Positions 47,217 to 55,948 of a DNA stretch of 64,000 bases are shown piece after piece (within the stretch, counting starts at the first letter, position 1; each line of letters begins with the position of its first letter). The stretch comes from Clostridiales bacterium (GTDB lineage: Bacteria; Bacillota; Clostridia; Christensenellales; CAG-138): contig SFDB01000005.1 of assembly GCA_004558825.1 (NCBI GenBank), forward strand, positions 2,894-66,893. Reading direction: 5' to 3'. The translations under genes were made by a program, and so were the position numbers. The notes under the pieces were generated by a model that had not been told where the DNA came from, did no database searches, and saw only the letters and a list, made by a program, of their open reading frames with translations.

Positions 47217-48320
47217 ATGAAAAAGGTTATCATTATTGCGATGTGCATGTGTATGCTTTTCGCGCTTTCCTGCGCACCGGGCGGCATCCGCGGTGACGAA
47301 GACGGCGAGCTTTACGCCGACGGCGACCAGTATGAATACATTGGCGGCGAGCTGAACGTACTCAACTGGGGCGAGTATATCGATCCCGAGCTTATAGACC
47401 TCTTTGAGGAAGAAACGGGCGTAAAGGTCAACTATATCGAGATGACAAGCAATGAGGAGATGCTCATAAAGCTGCGCTCACCCGACTGTGTGTACGATAT
47501 GTGCTTCCCGTCCGACTATATAATCGAGAAGCTCATCGCGTCTGATATGCTTTACCCTCTCGATAAGGAAAAAATACCGAATATAAAGAATATAGACCAA
47601 AAGATGCTCGACATCACCGACACGTTTGACGCGGGCAATACATATTCCGTGCCATATATGTGGGGTACGGTCGGCATACTCTATAACAAGACGCTCGTTG
47701 ATGAGCCTGTAACGAGCTGGAACATACTTTGGGATGAGAAGTACGCGGGTCAGATATGGATGTATGACAGCCTGCGCGACTCGATAGCGGTATCGCTGCT
47801 TCGTCTCGGTTATGACATAAATACCCGCAGCGAGGAGGAAGTCGCAAAGGCGCGCGATGAGCTGATTGCCCAGAAACCGCTCACGAAGGGCTATGGCACA
47901 GACAACATTCGTACATCCATGATAAACGGCAAGGCAGCGCTGGCGGTAATATATTCGGGCGATGCGTTCTGCTGCATAGACCAGAATCCGGACCTTGACT
48001 TCGCCGTCCCCGAGGAGGGCTCGAACGTATGGTTTGACAATGTAGTTATACCCAAGACGGCAAAGAACATAGAGGCGGCCCATGCATTCATAAACTTCCT
48101 CAACGACGCCAAGATTGCCGCGCGCAACACGGAGTTCATCTATTATTCGACGCCGAATGCCGGCGCGATGGCTCTGCTTGACGACTACTTCACAAAGAAC
48201 GAGACGTTTAATCCATCCGACGAAACGCTTGCGCGCTGTACGATTTTCCATGATCTCGGCGATTTCATCGAGGTATTCAACGCGGCGTGGGACAGCGTCA
48301 AGTCTGCGAAAGTCAACTGA
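47217..48320 (+). CDS. potD: Spermidine/putrescine-binding lipoprotein PotD
   Basis: Lipobox LFALSC|AP; typical PotD-family periplasmic binding protein sequence (LNVLNWGEYIDPE...). Confidence 0.85.
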   Translation: MKKVIIIAMCMCMLFALSCAPGGIRGDEDGELYADGDQYEYIGGELNVLNWGEYIDPELIDLFEEETGVKVNYIEMTSNEEMLIKLRSPDCVYDMCFPSDYIIEKLIASDMLYPLDKEKIPNIKNIDQKMLDITDTFDAGNTYSVPYMWGTVGILYNKTLVDEPVTSWNILWDEKYAGQIWMYDSLRDSIAVSLLRLGYDINTRSEEEVAKARDELIAQKPLTKGYGTDNIRTSMINGKAALAVIYSGDAFCCIDQNPDLDFAVPEEGSNVWFDNVVIPKTAKNIEAAHAFINFLNDAKIAARNTEFIYYSTPNAGAMALLDDYFTKNETFNPSDETLARCTIFHDLGDFIEVFNAAWDSVKSAKVN

Positions 48321-48340
48321 CGCGGACGCATAAATTAATT

Positions 48341-48374
48341 AAAAGCGGCAGGCATATGTACCTGCCGCTTTTTT
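48341..48374 (+). terminator. Intrinsic terminator of potABCD
   Basis: GCGGCAGG-(8 nt)-CCTGCCGC followed by TTTTTT. Confidence 0.8.
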
Positions 48375-48392
48375 GAGCTTCCACGCGCCGTA

Positions 48393-48421
48393 TTGCGGAC
48401 GTATACCATGTATGGTATAAT
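48393..48421 (+). promoter_or_regulatory. Putative sigmaA promoter of the csoR-like gene (TTGCGG-17-TATAAT)
   Basis: TTGCGG 48393-48398, 17-nt spacer, TATAAT 48416-48421. Confidence 0.5.
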
Positions 48422-48424
48422 GTG

Positions 48425-48445
48425 ATATCCCCCATAGGGGGATAT
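48425..48445 (+). promoter_or_regulatory. Putative CsoR-type operator: ATATCCCCC-ATA-GGGGGATAT
   Basis: Perfect 9-3-9 palindrome with a G/C tract flanked by AT arms, starting 4 nt after the -10 hexamer. This is the architecture known for CsoR/RcnR-family operators. Confidence 0.6.
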
Positions 48446-48466
48446 TTATGAGGCAACGGAGGTTTT

Positions 48467-48745
48467 ATGGAACGCCGCGAACATCATCATGAAAGCACGA
48501 AAGCCGTGCTCAATAGACTTTCACGCGCGATAGGCCATCTTGAATCGGTAAAGCGCATGGTTGAGGAGGGGCGAGATTGCAGCGAGGTGCTTACGCAGCT
48601 AAGCGCCGTTAAGTCCGCTGTAAACAACGTCGGCAAGCTCGTTTTGCGCGACCACATAGAGCATTGCGTCGTAGATGCCGTCGCTACGGGCGATACGGAA
48701 ACGATAGAGAAGCTTTCGGTTGCGATAGACAGGTTTATAAAATGA
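48467..48745 (+). CDS. CsoR/RcnR-family metal- or stress-sensing transcriptional repressor (C-H-C fingerprint)
   Basis: 92 aa; AVLNRLSRAIGHLESVKRMVEEGRDCSEVLTQLSAVKSA...DHIEHC. Cys in helix 2 plus H-x3-C in helix 3 gives the CsoR-type x-C-H-C pattern. The N-terminus is His-rich (EHHHE). Confidence 0.8.
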   Translation: MERREHHHESTKAVLNRLSRAIGHLESVKRMVEEGRDCSEVLTQLSAVKSAVNNVGKLVLRDHIEHCVVDAVATGDTETIEKLSVAIDRFIK

Positions 48746-49659
48746 AAGAAGGACACGATACGCAAAACGCGTGTTCAATATTGCTCGCAATAGCCGCCGC
48801 GGTGCTCTATGCGCTCAGCTCGCCTATCTCAAAGCTGCTCCTCAGAGACGGCGATATACCGCCGACGATGCTTGCGGGACTGCTGTATATCGGCGCGGGA
48901 GCGGGTATGCTTATAATATACCTTATAAGCAGGCTGCTGAAAAGAAAGCCGAATGAACAGTCTGTAGGAAGGGGCGACTTAAGATATATTATAGCCATGG
49001 TCGCGCTTGACATCGCCGCACCGATACTGCTTATGCTCGGCTTGAGCTCCGCAGCGGCCGCGAACGTGTCGCTTCTGAACAATTTTGAGATTGTTGCGAC
49101 TTCGCTGATAGCGCTCGTTGTATTTAAGGAAGCGATATCGAAGCGTCTGTGGGCCGCGATAGCGCTCGTTACCGCCGCGAGCGCGCTCCTGTCGTTTGAG
49201 GACACGTCGAGCCTGACATTCTCATGGGGGTCGCTGCTCGTTATAGGCGCGTGCATATGCTGGGGCGTCGAAAACAATTGCACGCGCAGGCTGTCGTCAA
49301 AGGATCCGATGCAGATAGTCATCATAAAGGGGTTTTGCTCAGGCACAGGCTCTGTCGCCATATCGCTTTGCGTCGGTGAACGGATTGGGAACGGCGGCGC
49401 CGTGCCGATAGCGCTGCTGCTGGGCTTTGCGGCGTACGGACTGAGCATCTTCTGCTACATATATGCCCAAAGGCGCCTTGGAGCGGCTAAAACGAGCGCA
49501 TACTATGCCGTCGCACCGTTTATAGGAGCGATGCTTTCATTTATCATTTTCAAGGAGATGCCGTCCGTTAAATTCCTCATTACGCTTGCGATAATGGCGG
49601 CCGGCGTGTACTTTGCGTCGTTTGACGGCAAACGCGCCGCAGATGCTGATGCAACGTGA
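48742..49659 (+). CDS. DMT-superfamily (EamA-type, 10 TM) transporter
   Basis: Two EamA-like halves. Start set to ATG 48742, which overlaps the repressor stop (ATGA). Confidence 0.75.
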   Translation: MKEGHDTQNACSILLAIAAAVLYALSSPISKLLLRDGDIPPTMLAGLLYIGAGAGMLIIYLISRLLKRKPNEQSVGRGDLRYIIAMVALDIAAPILLMLGLSSAAAANVSLLNNFEIVATSLIALVVFKEAISKRLWAAIALVTAASALLSFEDTSSLTFSWGSLLVIGACICWGVENNCTRRLSSKDPMQIVIIKGFCSGTGSVAISLCVGERIGNGGAVPIALLLGFAAYGLSIFCYIYAQRRLGAAKTSAYYAVAPFIGAMLSFIIFKEMPSVKFLITLAIMAAGVYFASFDGKRAADADAT

Positions 49660-49728
49660 AGTGACCTCAATCAGTCGGTGGTATCGCAGCGCCGCGTATG
49701 ACAGCTTTATGTCTTAGACCGAAAAATT

Positions 49729-49814
49729 AAAAAACGCTCCTCCGTGCAAGGCTTGAAGGAGCGGACGTGCGTATTTATGAGGCTGTATTCACAGTGCGGC
49801 ACTCAAAGTGCCGC
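49729..49814 (-). terminator. Two tandem hairpins downstream of pepV (the distal one has a U tract)
   Basis: Minus strand: GCGGCACT-TTG-AGTGCCGC (49814-49796), then CGCTCCTTC...GGAGGAGCG followed by TTTTTT (49763-49729). Confidence 0.55.
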
Positions 49815-49816
49815 GC

Positions 49817-51184
49817 TTACTCGCATCCGAGAGCTATTATCGCGTCGGCAATCATATAGGTGTTGAACATCATATCCTCTATGCTTATCGACTCGTTGGG
49901 CATGTGCACGAGTGCGGGTACGCCCGGACGTTCGCAGCCGAATGCGACCGCGTTTTCAACCGCCCTTGCATATGTACCGCCGCCGATTGCGAGCGGGGGC
50001 AGATATTCGCCCGAACGCTTGGCATACACGTCGGTGAGTTTGGATACGAGCTCGCTGTCGGGAGCTACGAAGTGACCGGGCTGAACGGATTTATTGAAAA
50101 GCTCAAAGCCGTCGAGCTGAGAGTTAAGCTTGGCCATGAGTTCGTCAAGGTCGACGCTCGTCGGGACACGCATATCGAGATCAAGCTTTGCTATGCCGTT
50201 CTCATCCCATTTTATTACGCCGGGGTTGAGCGTCATTCTGCCGGAAGCATCGGTAAAATCAAGCCCGAGAGCTTCGCCGTGCATATCCATGGCGAGCTTT
50301 TCATGGAGCAGCCTTACGGCCGCCGCATCGGCGTCTTGAAGCTCAAGCCGCGAAAGAAGCGCCATCATTGCCTGTAAGGCGTTTTTGCCGAGCTCGGGCG
50401 TGGAGGCGTGAGCGCCAAGGCCCGTTATCTCTATTTCGCAGCCGCCCTCGGTGCTTTCAACGGTGCAGGGGAACTGCGTCTCGTCTGAAAACGCCTTGAC
50501 GATGGGCGCGAGCTTATCGCCGCACATGGGTATGAACGCCTTGACCTTGCCGCACACGACGTTCGGCCGCGTGCCGCCTTCGATGCGCAGCGCTGATTTG
50601 AACGGCTTTCTATAGCTTGCGTGAACGATAGCCTTTTCGGAATTGACGACGGGGTATTCGCCGTCGGGTGAGAAAGCGATGTCGGGCATTTTTGCGACCT
50701 CGCCGTAGTGCTTCATGCAGCCCCAGCCCGATTCCTCGTTGCAGCCGAGCATGATGCGGATTTTGCGCTTCGTTTTGAGACCCGCTGCCTTTATCGCGGC
50801 AAGGGCGTATATTGAGCTCATGGCCGGGCCTTTATCATCGAGCGTGCCGCGGCCTACGATGCAGCCGTCAACGGTCTCGGCCGCATACGGCGGATTATCC
50901 CAGCCCTCGCCTTCGGGAACGACGTCGAGATGGCACATTACGCCGAGCGTTTCTTCGCCTTCGCCGTAATCGATGACGCCTATGTAGCCGTCCATGTCTA
51001 TGGTGGTGAAGCCGAAGCTCCTTGCAAGCGCGAGCGCATGGTCGAGCGCACGGCGCACTTCGCGGCCGAACGGCGCGTTGGGCTCGGGGGCGCCCTCAAC
51101 GCTCGGTATCCGCACGGATTCCTTGAGCGAGTTTATCAGCTCGTCCTTATGGTCAAGTATCCACCGGTCAACGATTTTGTTCAT
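49817..51184 (-). CDS. pepV: M20-family dipeptidase PepV
   Basis: GVMCHLDVVPEGEGW, GRGTLDDKGP motifs; 455 aa. Confidence 0.85.
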   Translation of the reverse strand: MNKIVDRWILDHKDELINSLKESVRIPSVEGAPEPNAPFGREVRRALDHALALARSFGFTTIDMDGYIGVIDYGEGEETLGVMCHLDVVPEGEGWDNPPYAAETVDGCIVGRGTLDDKGPAMSSIYALAAIKAAGLKTKRKIRIMLGCNEESGWGCMKHYGEVAKMPDIAFSPDGEYPVVNSEKAIVHASYRKPFKSALRIEGGTRPNVVCGKVKAFIPMCGDKLAPIVKAFSDETQFPCTVESTEGGCEIEITGLGAHASTPELGKNALQAMMALLSRLELQDADAAAVRLLHEKLAMDMHGEALGLDFTDASGRMTLNPGVIKWDENGIAKLDLDMRVPTSVDLDELMAKLNSQLDGFELFNKSVQPGHFVAPDSELVSKLTDVYAKRSGEYLPPLAIGGGTYARAVENAVAFGCERPGVPALVHMPNESISIEDMMFNTYMIADAIIALGCE

Positions 51185-51217
51185 TTATTTTACCTCCGTA
51201 ATAATTTTTCAGCTAAC

Positions 51218-52120
51218 TTAGTTGAGCGAACCGAAGCCCCTGCCGACAACTTCCTTCGTTTCGACTATCGAGAAAAGCGCGCGCTCGTCTTTTGACTTAA
51301 CTATGCGCTTGAGCTTTGATATTTCGGAAGCCCTCACGATGCAGTAAACGAGCTTTCGCGGCTCGCCGGTGTACGCGCCTTCCGCGGGGATGTATGTCAC
51401 GCCGCGATGAAGCGCATTAAGCACCTCAGGCGCTATCTCGTCCCACTCGTCCGATATGATGAATACGCTGACGGTCTTGTTAAGCGACGAGAGCGCGAAA
51501 TTGAACGCAACGTTTGACACGAACATCGCGATTATCGACAGCAGTGCAATCTCAAGCCCTTTGACGAATGCGAGCGCCGCCATGATAAACAGGTTGAAAA
51601 TAATGTTCAGCGATCCTATCTGCACGGAGAAGCGCTTGCTCAGTATTACCGATACGACGTCAAGTCCGCCTAAAGTTGCGTCGCGTTTGACAATAGGCGC
51701 ACTTGTGACTCCGATGATTGCCGCTCCGATGAGCGTAGCGACAAGCTCGTTTTCTACGGGTATCGTGAAGCCGTCTGTCAGCGCCACCGCCAGCGCAAGC
51801 ATAAGCGTGCCTATTACGCTGAATACGACGAACCGCGGCTTCAAGCATATAAAGCCGACGACGCATACGGGGATGTTGAGCACGACTATGCCGACCCATT
51901 TGGGTATGCCGAACATATAGTCGAGCAAAAACGATATGCCGGTGATGCCTCCCGACAGGAGGCCATGTGCGCCGTAAAAGCCGTTTATCGCAAGCGCTTG
52001 TATGAAGCACACGACCGTTATCATGAGAAAAGTAAGCAGGTCATGCGTTGTGACAACAGACCCTTTCCTTGTGCTGTTCGTGTCCGCGCCGCTTGCGGAA
52101 GGCAGCTTCCTTTTTGACAT
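51218..52120 (-). CDS. YitT-family membrane protein (with C-terminal DUF2179-like domain)
   Basis: Polytopic N-terminal part, GGLDVVSVILSKRF, soluble C-terminal domain ending VVGRGFG. Confidence 0.75.
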   Translation of the reverse strand: MSKRKLPSASGADTNSTRKGSVVTTHDLLTFLMITVVCFIQALAINGFYGAHGLLSGGITGISFLLDYMFGIPKWVGIVVLNIPVCVVGFICLKPRFVVFSVIGTLMLALAVALTDGFTIPVENELVATLIGAAIIGVTSAPIVKRDATLGGLDVVSVILSKRFSVQIGSLNIIFNLFIMAALAFVKGLEIALLSIIAMFVSNVAFNFALSSLNKTVSVFIISDEWDEIAPEVLNALHRGVTYIPAEGAYTGEPRKLVYCIVRASEISKLKRIVKSKDERALFSIVETKEVVGRGFGSLN

Positions 52121-52141
52121 AGTTCTCCTTTGTAAAAAGCT

Positions 52142-53017
52142 TTAAGCGATGGGGGTTGTGAACGGATTGCTCAAAACCACGTTGAATACGAGCTGATCGA
52201 GCAAAACGGCAATGCCGAGTACGGCCGTATATATTGCGAAGACGTTGAGGCTTTTGTTGACGATAAGCCGTATCATCAGCTTTATCGCAAGAAAGCCCGA
52301 CACGGCTGCGGCGATTACACCCACAAGCACGGGAATCCAGGGTATGTTTGACAATCCGGTTTTGATGACGTTGGGAATCTCAAACACGAGCGAGCCGAGT
52401 ATTGCGGGTATCGAGAGCAAAAACGAGAACTCCGCCGCCTCATCCTTCCTAAGCCCGAAAAAGGTTGCGCCGGCTATCGTCGAGCCTGAGCGCGATATGC
52501 CGGGCAGTATTGCCACGCCCTGCATAAGACCTATGCCGAGCGCCGCAGGCACGCGCATTTTCGCTATCGTCTGCTTCTTTGCGTGTATAAAATTCATTGC
52601 GAAAAGTATGAGTGCCGTCGCAATGAAGCCGAAGCCCAGATACTTGCCCTCGTACGACTCGTCTATAACGTCCTTAAATATGAGCGCGAGGACGGTCGTC
52701 ACGAGCGTGGCAAGCATGAGCATGATTATTTTTCTTTGAGTGGGTGTCTTTAGGTGCTTGCCGAGCTCATTGAAGCGCAGCGTGAACAATAGCGCTATAA
52801 AACGGCACATCGACTTGACTATCTCCCAAATCTGCCTGCGGTATATTACGAACACCGCTATAAGCGTGCCGAGATGGAGCATTATCGTAAAGAAAAGCGC
52901 ACCGTTATCGATGCCGAATACTTGCTGCAGGAGCACAAGATGCCCCGAGCTTGATATAGGCAAAAACTCGCATAATCCCTGTACTATTCCGAGAATCAGC
53001 GCTATCCATATACTCAT
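52142..53017 (-). CDS. uppP: Undecaprenyl-diphosphate phosphatase
   Basis: LGIVQGLCEFLPISSSGHLVL and PGISRSGSTI motifs of UppP/BacA. Confidence 0.9.
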   Translation of the reverse strand: MSIWIALILGIVQGLCEFLPISSSGHLVLLQQVFGIDNGALFFTIMLHLGTLIAVFVIYRRQIWEIVKSMCRFIALLFTLRFNELGKHLKTPTQRKIIMLMLATLVTTVLALIFKDVIDESYEGKYLGFGFIATALILFAMNFIHAKKQTIAKMRVPAALGIGLMQGVAILPGISRSGSTIAGATFFGLRKDEAAEFSFLLSIPAILGSLVFEIPNVIKTGLSNIPWIPVLVGVIAAAVSGFLAIKLMIRLIVNKSLNVFAIYTAVLGIAVLLDQLVFNVVLSNPFTTPIA

Positions 53018-53121
53018 TATGCGATTACCCCCTCATGTTTGCATGTATCATCAGCATCTATTATATTCCATAGCGCGCGAAATAACAATGGGGCGGAGCG
53101 GCCGGGGAGAAAAGCAGCCCT

Positions 53122-53152
53122 AAAAAACAAAAGCCGCTGTTCTGCAACGGCT
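53122..53152 (-). terminator. Intrinsic terminator of dnaA
   Basis: Minus strand: hairpin AGCCGTTGCAGAACAGCGGCT (one internal mismatch) followed by TTTTGTTTTTT. Confidence 0.55.
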
Positions 53153-53184
53153 CGTATTCCTCATATTATCATGCCAAACCGGCT

Positions 53185-54522
53185 TTATTGCTGGCGCACG
53201 CGCTTCGTCAGGTCATCGATTATTCTTGAAAGCTCGCTGTTCGTGCTGACGTCCTTGGCAACCTTGTCACAGGCGTGTATAACGGTCGTGTGATGCCTGT
53301 TGCCGAAGCTTTGGCCAATCTCGGGATATGTCATCTCGAGTATGTTTCTGCAAAGATACATCGCTATCTGGCGCGGCTCGGCGATCGCGGCGTCGCGCCG
53401 CTGCGAGTCAAACTCGTCGGGGCGCACGTTATAGAAGTCGCCCACAATGCGCTTTATGTCGTCGACGGTGACGCGCTTTTTGTTCATGTCGGGCATTACA
53501 CCCTTTAGCGCGCGTTCGGCAAGCTGGAGCGTAACCGGCTTGTCCATGAGGTTTGCGTATGTAATGACGCGCGTAAGCGAGCCTTCAAGCTCACGGATGT
53601 TCGTGACGGCTTTATCGGCAATGAACAGGAACACATTGGGGTCTATATCGACGCCCTCGACCTGCGCCTTGCGCTTCAATATGGATATGCGCGTTTCAAA
53701 ATCAGGCGGCTGTATGTCGACAAGAAGCCCCCATTCAAAGCGCGTCCGCAGGCGTTCCTCAAGCATTGGTATTTCACGCGGGTGTTTATCGGAGGTGATG
53801 ACTATCTGCTTGTCGGAATCCTTTAGCGCGTTGAAGGTATGGAAAAACTCCTGCTGCGTCGTGTCCTTGTTGGCGATGAACTGGATATCGTCCATCATCA
53901 AAACATCGACATTCCTGTATTTATTGCGAAAATCCGCCCTGTACTGGACGTTGTTCTTATTATCCTGTATGGCCTGGATAAGCTCATTCGTGAACGTTTC
54001 GCTTGTAGTATACATTACGTTCAAAGAGGGATTATCCGAAAGAATTTTATGGCCTATGGCGTGCATGAGGTGCGTCTTGCCGAGCCCGACTCCGCCGTAA
54101 ATAAAGAGCGGGTTATACGTTTTTGCGGGCTGGGTGGCGACGGCCTTTGCGGCGGTGAACGCGAACATATTCGATTCGCCGACAACGAACGTATCGAACG
54201 TATACTTGGGGTTATGCCTGAATCCGGGGCAATCGATGACAGGAGCTTCGGCGCGCGGGGCAAAGGTTTCGCGCTGAGCCTCATCGATTAGCAATATCTT
54301 AAGCTCACGTCCCGCAACGCTTGAAACAGCGCGGGATATGAGCGGAATATAAAGATTGTTAAGCGTGCTTTTGTTAAGCTCGTTCGGAGTGACGATAACA
54401 AAGCTGTCGCCCTCTATCGTCACGGGATCCAAATTAACGAACCATGAGCTGTAGCTCAGATCTGTAAGCTGCGGGCGCATGATTTCGAGCGCATGCCGCC
54501 AAATCTCCCGTATATCTTTCAT
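53185..54522 (-). CDS. dnaA: Chromosomal replication initiator protein DnaA
   Basis: Walker A GGVGLGKTHLMHAIG, box VII/sensor motifs, and a C-terminal DnaA signature IGQSFGNRHHTTVIHACDKV; 445 aa. Confidence 0.95.
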   Translation of the reverse strand: MKDIREIWRHALEIMRPQLTDLSYSSWFVNLDPVTIEGDSFVIVTPNELNKSTLNNLYIPLISRAVSSVAGRELKILLIDEAQRETFAPRAEAPVIDCPGFRHNPKYTFDTFVVGESNMFAFTAAKAVATQPAKTYNPLFIYGGVGLGKTHLMHAIGHKILSDNPSLNVMYTTSETFTNELIQAIQDNKNNVQYRADFRNKYRNVDVLMMDDIQFIANKDTTQQEFFHTFNALKDSDKQIVITSDKHPREIPMLEERLRTRFEWGLLVDIQPPDFETRISILKRKAQVEGVDIDPNVFLFIADKAVTNIRELEGSLTRVITYANLMDKPVTLQLAERALKGVMPDMNKKRVTVDDIKRIVGDFYNVRPDEFDSQRRDAAIAEPRQIAMYLCRNILEMTYPEIGQSFGNRHHTTVIHACDKVAKDVSTNSELSRIIDDLTKRVRQQ

Positions 54523-54753
54523 AATCCCCCCGGAAGTAATGATCGCCGTGTCAACGAAAAAACAGACGAAATTTGTTTATTGCGATACATATATACTATC
54601 AAAGGCCGTCAAAAAAAACAACCACAGCATATAGTAATTTTTCTGTACTCAAACACAATATGTGGGTGCAACGGGCACGGATACGCCTCCGCGCATAACC
54701 GCAAAGACATTCCCGCGCCCGAAAAAAGCCGCTGTACCTAAAAGCCCTTCGGT

Positions 54754-55764
54754 TTATCTGATGCCCTCAACGCCCTCGAAGCTCATGGCGAACATGCGCT
54801 CGGGGAGGTTATCGATCATATCGCCCATGGAGCGCCTGTCATGGATAGCACGGACGGCCTCGGCAAAGAGCGGAGCGGCGGAGACAATCTTAATCTTGGA
54901 AGATTTTTCTACCGCGGGGCATTCCACAGTATCGGTTGAAACGAGGAACTCTATCGGACTCTTCTCGATTTTGTCGACGCCCTTTTCACCAAGCACAACG
55001 TGCGAGAGGAAGGCGAATATGCGCTTTGCGCCCTTATCCTTGAGGCCGTGAGCGAGGTCTACTATCGTTCCGCCGGAGATTGTGAAGTCGTCGACGATTA
55101 GGCAGTTTTTGCCCTTTACATCGCCGATTATTTCGAGCACCTTTGCGTTCTCGTCGTGCGCGGTCCTGACCTTATCCCCGATGGCGACGGGACAGCCGAG
55201 CAGCGTTGCGAACGAGCGCGCCTGCTTTGCGAATCCTGCGTCAGGCGATACCACAACGAGATCGTCGTCGACGATACCTAAGCGCTTTGCGCATTCGCAG
55301 AGAATATCCTGCCCATAGAGATGGTCGAGGGGCTTATAGAAGAAGCCCTGAACCTGCGGGCTGTGGAGGTCCATTGTCACTACGCGGTCGGCGCCCTCGG
55401 CCTCTATGCAGTCGGCGCAGACCCTTGCCCTTATCGATACGCGCGGCTCATCCTTCTTGTCGCCCTTTGCGTAACTGAAATACGGTATTATCGCGGTAAT
55501 GGAGTTTGCGCTTGCGCGTCGGAAGGCGTCTATCCAGAACAAAAGCTCCACAAATTCATCGTTTGGCTTTCTGCCGATCGTCTGAACGATATAAACGTCC
55601 TTGTTTCTTATCGATTCGTTGATACGGACAAAAATGTTTCCCTCGGAGAAGTTAATGGTTTGGGAATTGCCGAGCTCTGTTCCGAGATAGTCGCACATCT
55701 TTCGTGCGAACTTAACAGACGAACTGCCCGCAAAAATTTCTATTTCGCCGCTGCCTTCGTGCAT
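54754..55764 (-). CDS. prs: Ribose-phosphate diphosphokinase (PRPP synthetase)
   Basis: VVSPDAGFAKQAR and the PRPP-binding loop LIVDDFTISGGT. Start set to ATG 55764 after AGGAGG. Confidence 0.85.
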   Translation of the reverse strand: MHEGSGEIEIFAGSSSVKFARKMCDYLGTELGNSQTINFSEGNIFVRINESIRNKDVYIVQTIGRKPNDEFVELLFWIDAFRRASANSITAIIPYFSYAKGDKKDEPRVSIRARVCADCIEAEGADRVVTMDLHSPQVQGFFYKPLDHLYGQDILCECAKRLGIVDDDLVVVSPDAGFAKQARSFATLLGCPVAIGDKVRTAHDENAKVLEIIGDVKGKNCLIVDDFTISGGTIVDLAHGLKDKGAKRIFAFLSHVVLGEKGVDKIEKSPIEFLVSTDTVECPAVEKSSKIKIVSAAPLFAEAVRAIHDRRSMGDMIDNLPERMFAMSFEGVEGIR

Positions 55765-55948
55765 TATAAAGGAACCTCCTGTGAAGTATGTAAGCAGTTT
55801 ACACAGCAATTATATCAAACGGCATTAGCGTATTCAACAACATGAGATTTTATATTTCGACAATTGATTTGCCGGCGCGTCACGATTCGATTGCCATAAT
55901 CGCGGCCGGAGTATATAATCGATAATATAATGATAACGGAGGTACGTT

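Noticed and set aside
54523-54753. oriC / DnaA-box cluster upstream of dnaA
   Set aside because: The best matches to TTATCCACA are 6/9 (ACAACCACA, TGTGGGTGC) and there is no AT-rich DUE. I do not call an origin here. This was a visual scan only and needs a PWM scan.
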